Positions 38,953 to 48,500 of a stretch of 64,000 nt of DNA are shown here, in pieces. Each line of letters begins with the position of its first letter. The stretch's first letter is position 1. Position numbers and translations under genes: made by a program. This stretch comes from a virus. Under the pieces are notes generated by a model. The model searched no databases and had not been told where the DNA came from. It saw only the letters and a list, made by a program, of their open reading frames with translations. The DNA lies in IMG/VR virus record IMGVR_UViG_3300020456_000005; one strand, 5' to 3'.

Positions 38953-41900
38953 ATGGCCGTTTATTCCTATAGTACAACAGGAATATTTCCATCAATCATT
39001 CGTTTTAACACGAATGTTGGATTAGGCAGCTTTTCTTATGTTTATGAACCAAGTATTATAGATCTCTATTCAGAGATAGACTATGGTACGTTATCATTTA
39101 ATCCAACTCCAGTAACTACAACCGAAACTGTTGATGTTGATAGTTTAAATGCTACTTTATCAAATACTGTCCTGTCGGATACTGGAACAGGAACAGGAAC
39201 TACTGGTGGATTTAATATTGGTAGACATATTAGATTTAACAGCACAAATTCCCCTAGAACGGTAGAGTTCAGTTTACCAAACGATATCAATTCTTCACTA
39301 ACCTTTGAAGTAATTAGAGGTAATGATACTAACGGTGGAGAAGATCCAGATACTGGAACAGAAAGTTTAAACCTAGAGTATTATGATGGAAGTTCGTGGA
39401 TTTCTATTGATATTGTAGTAGAATACAATGATGCTTCATTCAATACTTTAAAATCTGTAGAGATAACAATTCCTTCTGTAGCGAGAACAGCGGGAACACA
39501 ATTCAGGTTAATTCAACCAGCTCATAGTGGTAACAACTGGGATCATTATGGTTTCAAGTCTCTTACATATACTTACACATATACACCAACACTATCAACA
39601 ATAAATCTTGGTAGTATTACAGATCTCAACGCTACGATAGAAGATCGCGGTAGAGTTGTTTATGTAACTAATGTAGAATCCTTCGGATTTGTTAAGGTTG
39701 TTAGCGAAGCGTCTTGGAAGGCGACTAACACATACGAAGGTACAGGTATTGCGTTTACCTTTGGTAGACAGACTTCACCAGCAGTATACGGTTATATCGT
39801 TGACGGAAAAGTCAAAGGTCTTGGCGGTACAAGTCTGGGGGTATTTTCTGGCAAGCACGATGGTGCGGGAACTACCTCCATACTTGGACAATCGCCTATC
39901 GGTATTGGTGTTGGTATCTTTGGTTCAGGTAATCTATTTACGATTGCAAGTGCAGACGATGCATTCTTGCCAACATGGACCAGTCGCGGATATATTAGTA
40001 AGATTACAGGTGCTGCAAGAGATATTACTCTTGTACACGAAACAGGATTTGGAAATCTATTCACCTTCTCTGGCGGACAGCAACGCGCTACAAATGCGTT
40101 CGCTGGATCAGGTGGACTCAAACTAGTTAGTAGAAAACCAGAACTTTCAGAACTTTCTGATGAGAAACATACTGAAAGATATATCAATGACAGTATTGTT
40201 GAATTCTCCAAGGCTGATTATGGTTATCTAACCATATGTCATCCAAGTGATATTGAAGATGTATCAGGAACATTAGATGGTGAATCTTCTGGATGTATTG
40301 TACGTGTAGGATCAACTGCGAGTGTTGATCTTGGAACAACTTATAGTGTATCTCAAGGTGCTAATTCTCCTAGCAACTTTATTGATTACGGTCTGGTCTC
40401 AGAACCTGCAGCTCCTCAGATAGACTTCGGTCATATCTTAACGACAAGCAATCTTATTCCATTCGGATTATTCACGTTTGATCCACATAATGGTGCAGCA
40501 TATGCATTCAATCCAACGTGGACCAGTCGTGGATATATCAGTAAGCTTACTGGTGAAGCAAGTGTTCCTCTGGATGTATCCGTATTTGGTACAGGAACCA
40601 TCAGGAAACTTGGTGGAGACTCCATCACCAACTTCGCACTGCTGCAACCAGGAGATGGTCTATTTGGATTCCACAGTGAATCTCAGATTGGAATCGGTGT
40701 TGGTATCTTTGGTGATGGATCTATTCCAACTCTCAGTGGTGCTGCAGATTCTGTTACCTATAACCCAGAAGAAAAAGATCTCCTATTCTCTTTCAATGGA
40801 GAAGCAACATCTGCATTCAATCCTAATTGGGTTGGTAGTGGTGTTCTATTCACACTTCAGTCTGCAGTTGAAAGAACTGTATATGACTATGTTGGATCTG
40901 GAAGAATCTTCGGATTTAATAATCTTGAAGAGAAGAAAGTATACGATTACAACTGCAGTTCTATCGTTCCTTTCCCAGAAAACGATTATGGATTCATCAT
41001 CAATACATCAGCAATTACATGTGTTGATGTTGATGGTGTCATTTCATCTAATGAGACACCAACTTCTGGATGTATTAAGGTACTCAATTCATTAACAATT
41101 GATCAAGGTGTTACTTATTCAGTAAGACCTCAGAATACTATTGCAGCAAATACTATAGATTATGGATTAGTACCAGAGAATGCATCTCCTCTTGCAGACT
41201 TTGGACATATTCTTGGTACTCCACGTCTTGGATTACCAGGATGTATTTACGGTCAGATTGATGTATTTGGTGAAGCTCAAGTTGCATTCACACCAAATTA
41301 TATCACTCGTGGATTTATTCATCTCAGTGGAGAAGGAAGAGTTCCATTATTTGCAAGTGAAATTGGTGGTGGTACTATCAAAATTGGAGGAGAAAGTAAG
41401 ACTAACTTCAGTCTTCTCTCTCCTGGTGATGGTCTATTCAGACTTGTTAGTGATATCACTGTTGGTATTACAATTGGTATTAAAGGATCTGGAAATCTAT
41501 TTGCATACTCTGGCGGTGCAGAGTCTACTACTTCAGTTCCTCCAACCGAAGAACCAATCTTCACATTCGTTGGTACATCTGGAGATCCAGGAATTCGTCT
41601 TGCACATGAAGGATCTGGTTCTCTATTCGCAATTAGCGGTGGAGATCTTAGAGTTCAGTATGCATACGAGACTACTGGATCTATTAGTCTCTGTTCCAAG
41701 AAACCAGAACTTAGTGAGCTATCGGAAGAGAAGCATACTGAAGTCTACAGTATGGATCTCTGCATTGATCAACCAGAACTTGATTATGGCAGAATTGTTG
41801 ATCTTAGTGCAACTGTTGTTTGTGTTGATGTTGACGGAAATATCAGCACAAGTACTTCAGCAGGAACTGGATGTACAAGAGTTACACAAGGATCAACCTT

Positions 41901-44700
41901 ATCAATTGATCCTAATGTAACGTATACTTTACCTGCATTTGCAACTGTACCAACATTATTTGAAGATTACGAAGATGTATCAGATCCACAAGATGGATTT
42001 GCTGACTACGGACATATTCTTGATACTACTGGTCTTGTCTGTCCATTCGGTCAACTTGATTCACTCAAGGGTACATTGGTTGAGAAGTATGTACGTAATA
42101 CTTCTATCTTCACTGAAAGTACAGTTATCAAGATTGTTGGAGAAGCATTCATTGTTGTTCCACCTCAATGGAACAATATCTCTCCGCCAATCCCAGTCAG
42201 AGGTTCTGCAGAGACTCCATTTGCTCTACGTACATTTGGTGGTGGATCACTATTCGGATTCTCTAGTGCTACCGAGAGTGTCAGATACTCACCAGACGAA
42301 GTACAACTTCTATTCAAAGTATCTCCTGGTCCTTTCAGCAGATTTGTTACCTACGACTGGCAACCTTCTTGGGTATCCGAAGGTACAATTCCAGTTACTG
42401 GAACTGCAGAACCAATTATCAGAACCAGAGCATTCAATGGATCTGGTTCACTATTTGCAATCAACGGTGCAGCGGAATCAGTATCGTTCAACCCACCAGA
42501 TATCACTACGGATATCAAACTATCTGGTGTTGTCGCAGAGAGCTTTACTATTCCTTATGCAGGAACAGGTAGTCTATTCACACTCAATAATCTGGTTGAG
42601 CGTGTACTTGTTCATCACTTCACTACAGGAACAATTCAAGTTTCTGGTGTTGCAGATACTGATAGAACCAGAGCATTTGTTGGTACTGGTACACTCAGGA
42701 AGTTTGCTGGTGCTTCTGAATCTCTTACTGTTAATCCAGAAGAGAAGCAGATGCTCTTCTCCTTTACTGGAGAACTCAAAGAAGCATTCATTGCAAATCC
42801 ACCAGAAGAAGGAACAGAGATCAAACTTTCTGGAACTACAGAACCAGAAATTCTCACATTTGCAGAGCAACCATTCGGTACAATCTCTGTATTTGGAGTT
42901 GCCAAAACTCATTATGTTCCAAGTGTTGTTGGTACTGGTACATTCAGGAAGTTCTCTGGTGCATCCGAATCTCTCACTGTCAACCCAGACGAGAAGCAGA
43001 TGCTCTTCTCCTTTACTGGAGAAGGAAGCGAGACTCATACCGAGAACTATGTCGGTATTGAGAAGGCAATCAGAATTCGCAGAGGTGCGCTATCTGACTT
43101 TGAGACCTTTGACTGGCAACCATCTTGGGTTACTTCTGGTACTATCCCAGTCAGTGGAGAAGCAAAGACAAACTTCAGTCTACTACACAATGGTTCTGGT
43201 TCACTCAGAAAACTATCTGGAGCAGCAGAATCTCTTACTGTCAATCCAGAAGAAAGACAGATACTCTTCTCGTTCACTGGAACAAGAATTGCAGAGACTA
43301 CATCTGTTGTTGAATTTAGTTCTGGTACTCTATTCGGAATCGGTGGTCTATCCGAATCCTTCGCTGCATCGCCAGAATCACTTGTTAACCTGAAAGTTTC
43401 TGGTGAAGTATTCATCAGATTCGTTCCTAACAATGTTGGATTTGGTAATATCTTTGCTATCAGTGGTGCTGCTGAATCCATCACCTTTAATCCTGATGAG
43501 AAACAGATGCTCTTCTCCTTCACTGGAGAAGCATCCGAATCCTTCAGTGTTGCTGAAGTTAAACAGGTTGAGATTGATATCACTGGTGATGGTGAAGAAG
43601 TCTTCTCCGCAATTTACACAGGTTCTGGATCCGCTAAGGTATCTGGTGATGTATTTGAAAGATTTGTACCAAACTACGTTGGTTTTGGTACACTCAGAAA
43701 GATTTCTGGTGCATCGGAATCTCTTACTGTCAATCCAGAAGAGAAGCAAATGCTATTCTCCTTTACAGGAGAAGGTACAGAAAGAGTTCTCGTCAGAGAA
43801 ATCAGCAAGGGTGGAACATTTACTTTCTCTGGTACATCTGGAGATCCTTTACTATCATTTGCGGAACAACCATTTGTTCAAACAAAGATCAGTGGCAAGG
43901 TATTCTTTACCACTCACCGCAGTATCTTTGGTACTGGTTCACTCTTTGGATTTGGTGGAGCAGCAGAATCTCTTGGAGTTACACCACCTACAGAACAAGT
44001 TCTGTTCAAGGTGTCTGGAGATTCTATCAACAAAATCTCCGTATTGCATGTTGGTTCTGGTTCATTCAGAAAACTATCTGGTGCAGCAGAATCTGCTACC
44101 TTCAACCCCGACGAGAAGCAAATGCTCTTCTCGTTCACTGGAGAAGGAACAGAAAATACTACTGCAAGAGAAGTCAGTCAAGGCGGACTATTCAAGGCAT
44201 CTGGAGAAGCAGGTGTTCTCGTCAGATTTGCACACACTGGAGAAGGAACTATCTCTGTCAGTGGGGATGCACACACTACAAGAGCGAGAGACTTTGTTGG
44301 ATTCGGTACTATTCCAACTCTGTCTGGTTCAGCAGAATCTCTTACTGTCAATCCAGACGAAACTCAGATGCTCTTCTCCTTCCACGGAGAAAGAATTTCC
44401 GAGAAAATTACTGCAAGAGAACTTGGAGTTCCTGGCAAGTTTACAATTCAAGGAACTTCAGGAGATCCATTACTCACATTTGCGGAACAACCATTTGTTA
44501 AGATTGACGTTTCTGGTATTAGTACAATTACCAGAGTCCGCGCATATGATGGATATGGTGTTCTATTCGGATTCCTTAATGGAGATGAAGCATTCGCTCC
44601 TGCTCCACATGTTTCTTCTGGAACAATTAGTATTTCTGGACGCGCACTTGTACAAGTCCAGTTGTTCCAACCACCACGCACTTATGTCTGGATGATTTAA
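38953..44700 (+). CDS. Large repetitive virion protein (1915 aa)
   Basis: Many GxGxL.x.SGA.ES...NP.EKQMLFSFTGE repeats, DYG/DFGHIL repeats and an N-terminal inserted jelly-roll domain. Confidence 0.75.
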   Translation: MAVYSYSTTGIFPSIIRFNTNVGLGSFSYVYEPSIIDLYSEIDYGTLSFNPTPVTTTETVDVDSLNATLSNTVLSDTGTGTGTTGGFNIGRHIRFNSTNSPRTVEFSLPNDINSSLTFEVIRGNDTNGGEDPDTGTESLNLEYYDGSSWISIDIVVEYNDASFNTLKSVEITIPSVARTAGTQFRLIQPAHSGNNWDHYGFKSLTYTYTYTPTLSTINLGSITDLNATIEDRGRVVYVTNVESFGFVKVVSEASWKATNTYEGTGIAFTFGRQTSPAVYGYIVDGKVKGLGGTSLGVFSGKHDGAGTTSILGQSPIGIGVGIFGSGNLFTIASADDAFLPTWTSRGYISKITGAARDITLVHETGFGNLFTFSGGQQRATNAFAGSGGLKLVSRKPELSELSDEKHTERYINDSIVEFSKADYGYLTICHPSDIEDVSGTLDGESSGCIVRVGSTASVDLGTTYSVSQGANSPSNFIDYGLVSEPAAPQIDFGHILTTSNLIPFGLFTFDPHNGAAYAFNPTWTSRGYISKLTGEASVPLDVSVFGTGTIRKLGGDSITNFALLQPGDGLFGFHSESQIGIGVGIFGDGSIPTLSGAADSVTYNPEEKDLLFSFNGEATSAFNPNWVGSGVLFTLQSAVERTVYDYVGSGRIFGFNNLEEKKVYDYNCSSIVPFPENDYGFIINTSAITCVDVDGVISSNETPTSGCIKVLNSLTIDQGVTYSVRPQNTIAANTIDYGLVPENASPLADFGHILGTPRLGLPGCIYGQIDVFGEAQVAFTPNYITRGFIHLSGEGRVPLFASEIGGGTIKIGGESKTNFSLLSPGDGLFRLVSDITVGITIGIKGSGNLFAYSGGAESTTSVPPTEEPIFTFVGTSGDPGIRLAHEGSGSLFAISGGDLRVQYAYETTGSISLCSKKPELSELSEEKHTEVYSMDLCIDQPELDYGRIVDLSATVVCVDVDGNISTSTSAGTGCTRVTQGSTLSIDPNVTYTLPAFATVPTLFEDYEDVSDPQDGFADYGHILDTTGLVCPFGQLDSLKGTLVEKYVRNTSIFTESTVIKIVGEAFIVVPPQWNNISPPIPVRGSAETPFALRTFGGGSLFGFSSATESVRYSPDEVQLLFKVSPGPFSRFVTYDWQPSWVSEGTIPVTGTAEPIIRTRAFNGSGSLFAINGAAESVSFNPPDITTDIKLSGVVAESFTIPYAGTGSLFTLNNLVERVLVHHFTTGTIQVSGVADTDRTRAFVGTGTLRKFAGASESLTVNPEEKQMLFSFTGELKEAFIANPPEEGTEIKLSGTTEPEILTFAEQPFGTISVFGVAKTHYVPSVVGTGTFRKFSGASESLTVNPDEKQMLFSFTGEGSETHTENYVGIEKAIRIRRGALSDFETFDWQPSWVTSGTIPVSGEAKTNFSLLHNGSGSLRKLSGAAESLTVNPEERQILFSFTGTRIAETTSVVEFSSGTLFGIGGLSESFAASPESLVNLKVSGEVFIRFVPNNVGFGNIFAISGAAESITFNPDEKQMLFSFTGEASESFSVAEVKQVEIDITGDGEEVFSAIYTGSGSAKVSGDVFERFVPNYVGFGTLRKISGASESLTVNPEEKQMLFSFTGEGTERVLVREISKGGTFTFSGTSGDPLLSFAEQPFVQTKISGKVFFTTHRSIFGTGSLFGFGGAAESLGVTPPTEQVLFKVSGDSINKISVLHVGSGSFRKLSGAAESATFNPDEKQMLFSFTGEGTENTTAREVSQGGLFKASGEAGVLVRFAHTGEGTISVSGDAHTTRARDFVGFGTIPTLSGSAESLTVNPDETQMLFSFHGERISEKITARELGVPGKFTIQGTSGDPLLTFAEQPFVKIDVSGISTITRVRAYDGYGVLFGFLNGDEAFAPAPHVSSGTISISGRALVQVQLFQPPRTYVWMI
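42690..44400 (+). repeat. Degenerate coding tandem repeats (GASESLTVNPEEKQMLFSFTGE core, about 7 copies)
   Basis: For example GAGAAGCAGATGCTCTTCTCCTTTACTGGAGAA is identical at 42742 and 42991; related copies lie near 43250, 43500, 43740, 44110 and 44360. Confidence 0.85.
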
Positions 44701-44703
44701 TTA

Positions 44704-44711
44704 GATAAATA
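44704..44711 (+). promoter_or_regulatory. Late promoter-like motif
   Basis: GATAAATA upstream of 44739. Confidence 0.55.
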
Positions 44712-44738
44712 CATTTTAGAAAAACTGTGCGTTAAATA

Positions 44739-45197
44739 ATGACCACTCAGGTACAATTTAGAAAAGGCACGACTTCCGAACACGCTCTGTTTACTGGAGC
44801 GAATGCTGAAATTACAGTTGATACTAAAAAGAAGACAGCTGTTGTACATGATGGTAGTGATATTGGAGGTTTTGAACTCCAAAGAGCAAGGTGGGAAGTC
44901 ATCAATACAGATCAACAATTAGTCTGTGGTATTAGATATCTTCTTGATACTTCGTCAGCTCCACTTGCTTTGACCATGCCATATGAGTCTGCAGGTGTTG
45001 TTCCTCATGTGGGAGATATGCTAGAAGTCGTTGACTTCAAAGCAAACTGGGCTATAAATAATGTTACGTTAACAGCTAGTAGTGGACAGCTATTCTTGAA
45101 CAAGTTTGGAAATACGGATAGTGAATTTATTCTGGACGTTGCTGGTTTATATGTTCAGTTTATCTGGGACGGAACTTACTGGAGGATCTTAGCATGA
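44739..45197 (+). CDS. Fibre adaptor with an Mtd/hyaluronidase-type N-terminal anchor (152 aa)
   Basis: TQVQFRKGTT.EH..FTGA..EITVDT.K.T.VVHDG...GG, followed by a DTS..P..LT.P...GD..EVVD...W...N.T module. Confidence 0.7.
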   Translation: MTTQVQFRKGTTSEHALFTGANAEITVDTKKKTAVVHDGSDIGGFELQRARWEVINTDQQLVCGIRYLLDTSSAPLALTMPYESAGVVPHVGDMLEVVDFKANWAINNVTLTASSGQLFLNKFGNTDSEFILDVAGLYVQFIWDGTYWRILA

Positions 45198-45562
45198 GTT
45201 TATATCTCAGCGCAAGTACTGCAACGCAAGAACAAGCAGTTGCAAATTCTAATGACTTTACCGTACACGCTCTGCGAAGAGATAAAGACGGAATGCTTCA
45301 TTATACAAAAGCAAGATCAACGGAGGATAACGTTGTTTTTGATTTCCATAGAACTGATGGAGAAGAATATGAAGATTTTCTCCAAGGAAAAGAGTATGTC
45401 CTTGCTGATGCAGGTGACAAAAAATACACAAACGACCCTGATGATAAATACCAGCAGTTCAGGTTTGACTTCAGACGTATCACCTATTTTATAGATGGTG
45501 ACGGTTACTTAGTCGCAAGGCTAAATAAAGAATATGATCATAACACTCAAGGACCTAAGTAA
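45194..45562 (+). CDS. Hypothetical virion-associated protein (122 aa)
   Basis: HALRRD.DGML.YT ... YQQFRFD...I.YFID.DG.LVAR; ATGA overlap with the upstream gene. Confidence 0.65.
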   Translation: MSLYLSASTATQEQAVANSNDFTVHALRRDKDGMLHYTKARSTEDNVVFDFHRTDGEEYEDFLQGKEYVLADAGDKKYTNDPDDKYQQFRFDFRRITYFIDGDGYLVARLNKEYDHNTQGPK

Positions 45563-45573
45563 GGATTTAAAAA

Positions 45574-48500
45574 ATGGCAGATTTTAGACTCGGCAGACTG
45601 AAGTTTAAGTGGCGCGGTGATTGGGCGGCGTCTACTGCATATGTCATTGACGATATTGTCAAGTACGGTGCAAATGCGTACGTCTGTACCACCAATCACA
45701 CTTCCGCAACTTCGGAGAATTCTTTTTATTCTTCCGACTTAGGGAATTGGGATCTTCATACAGAAGGTCTTAGAAATCGTGGTGACTATCAAACCACTGG
45801 TGTTTGGTACGCTCTAAACGATCTTGTCAAGTATGGCAATACCGTATATCGTGCTACTACGGCACATGTCGGTCCTGCTACCTTTGACTTCACTAAGTGG
45901 GCAGTATATTCTGAAGGTCTGAACTTTGAAGATACTTGGTCCTCCGCAACTGTTTACCAGAAAGGTGACATTGTAACATTTGGTGGTTACACCTACGTAG
46001 CTCAGCAAAACTCTACGAACGTAGCACCAAATACGGACGAACTATATTGGAAGGTTCTTACGACTGGTTTCTCACCACAAGGTGACTTCGTTGATTCTGA
46101 AGTATACGAGCCAGGTAACCTTGTTAAGTATGGTGGTAATACTTACTCTTGTAAAGTAACCACTACTCCCGAGTCATACGCAATTGATAGCATCAGCGGC
46201 GACGGTAGCGAAGTAACCGTTGTATTTGATGTTGCTCAACCTACCGCACCATTTGGTGTTGGTGATCTAGTAACCCTTGCTGGTACATCTGCTGCTCAGT
46301 ATAACACTTCTTTCCGTGTTAAGGCATGTACAACTACTGGGTTTACAATTGAAAGCACTGAAACTGCTGGCGCTACTGGTGGTACTATTGCTTATATCCC
46401 TTATCCAACTAACACAAGATTCTGGGATCTAGTTCTTGAAGGTCTGAACTGGAACGCTGCATGGAACAATGCTAGCGTTTATCAACTAGGTGATGTCGTT
46501 AACAGAAACGGTAACTCCTACGTTTGTATTAGATCCAATACTACTGGTGCAGCAACTGCTCCAGAACTTGATACCAACGCAGTCTATTGGAACTATGTCT
46601 CCCAAGGTGGTGACGCTGCTCAGGTACTACAAGAAACTGGTGACCTACTTTATCAATCTGCTTCAGGTATTAACAGAATTGCACTACCTGCAAACCCAAA
46701 TACTGCAACTGCAGCGGAACTCCGCGAAGCAAGTGGTCAAATCCTAACTGTTGGTGGTTCCCCAATTCTACCAAGATGGGAAAGCAACAACGTATCTAAT
46801 GCTGTTTATTACGTAACCAAAGAAGGTTCTGATTCAAACAGTGGTAGATCAATCTCCAGAGCATTTGGTTCACTAAAATATGCTTGCGATCACATTGCAG
46901 GACTAACTGGTGCTGATGCTGCTTCTGCATCAAACCCAATTGCAATCTATATTAAAGCAGGTGTCTATGAAGAGACACTTCCTATTGTAGTTCCTGAGTT
47001 TGTATCTCTTGTAGGTGACAACCTAAGAACTTCAATGATTAAGCCTAAGTCAGGCTTTAATTCTGAAACTCAAAATATTACACTAGCAACCGCTGCTGAT
47101 AATTTCCAGTATGGTGATATTGTTTTCAACGGTGCTAGAACTAAGAGTGCTAAGGTCCTTGAGTCCGAATCAAATGTAATCACAATCCAACAGGTTACTG
47201 GTGGTGCGTGGAATAGTGCAGATACGTGGACAAATACTCTTTCCAACTCATCTGCTGATGCTGCAAATTTACTTGTAAGCAACAAAGATTTCCTTGCACA
47301 TTATGCATACTATAAGTTTGTTCTTGATCAATCTGCTAATCCAACTGGTGCTGGTGCAGACATCAGAGCAAGACTTGCAGAATTTGTCGTAGAACTTGCT
47401 GCTCAAGTAAGATCTGGTGGTAACGATAGAGTTCATGCATTTGCTGTAGATGTAATTGCTGGCGGTGCTAATGCTATTACTACTGTTGGTTCGGAAGATA
47501 AGACATTACTTGATACTCTCCGTGATGCTGCTGTTAAAGTAGTTAAAAATGAAACTGTAGGAGCTGTTGCTGGTAATACAGAAAACCAAGTTATTGACAA
47601 TACAATTACTCAAGATCCTGCTTTCTGTGCAACTCAAACTGCCGCAGTTGCAACTTTATGTGACTTAGCTGCAGGTTCAATCCTTGCTGGATCTCCTACT
47701 ACAACAGTTAATCAAAATGCTTATATTGCAATAACAACTGCTGCTGGTATTCCTAACCAGGAATCCACAATGTTCTTCCTGTCTTCACACAATACCGTTA
47801 AGGATATGGTATTTGAAGGCATGTCTGGATTCGTTCCTTATGGTCCAGATGATAAGAACACTGATCATGGAACTCTCAAAGGTGTCTACTTCAGACTTAA
47901 TCCAAATTCCCCAATTACCAAGTCACCTTATGTACAGAACTGTGCCGCTATCGGTGGTGCTGCTGTAGGTGTCGTTCTTGATGGTGGTACTCACGAGAAG
48001 TATGACAATGATACAGTCAAGTCAAACAAATCAATGGTGTTTGACTCCTACACCCAGATCCTTGATGGTGGTATTGGTTTCTATGTAACCAGAGGTGCTG
48101 CAACTGAAATTGTTTCTTCCTTCACATACTATTGTCACATTTCTTACACCTCTACACGAGGCGGTAGAATTCGTGCTGTTTCTGGTAACTCTTCTTACGG
48201 TAAGTATGGTTGCGTATCTAGAGGATTTGACGCTAATGAAGTTACCGTTGATGGTAAGGTCAAGGGTGGTCGCTTAGAACTCAACCCTGCTGCTGCTAAA
48301 GATGGCGGATTTACTCCTGGTGAGAGAATCATCGGTGGTACTTCAGGTGCAGTTGGTGAGTTGATCAGTGATCAATCTCCTTCCAACTACCTCTATTACT
48401 TCCCAGTTAAGGGAACCTTCGTACAGAATGAAGTTGTCACTGGACAAACTTCATCTGCATATGTAACTCTCGTTAATAACACTGATGCAGTCACTGGACA

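Noticed and set aside
42690-44400. CRISPR-like array from ~33-nt repeats
   Set aside because: The repeats are in-frame coding, degenerate and about 250-370 nt apart; no cas genes or leader.
39689-44695. Near-continuous alternative + frame ORFs (145, 205, 246, 484 and 430 aa) inside the 1915-aa gene
   Set aside because: All lie in the +1 shadow frame with L/S/Q/H/V-skewed composition, mostly TTG/GTG starts and no evident RBS. They are explained by repeat expansion and a codon bias that avoids NTA/NTG followed by a purine. No slippery site was identified.
44739-45197. Diversity-generating retroelement suggested by the Mtd-like N-terminus
   Set aside because: Only the anchor domain is present. 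No reverse transcriptase, Avd or adenine-mismatched TR/VR repeat pair was seen in the window.
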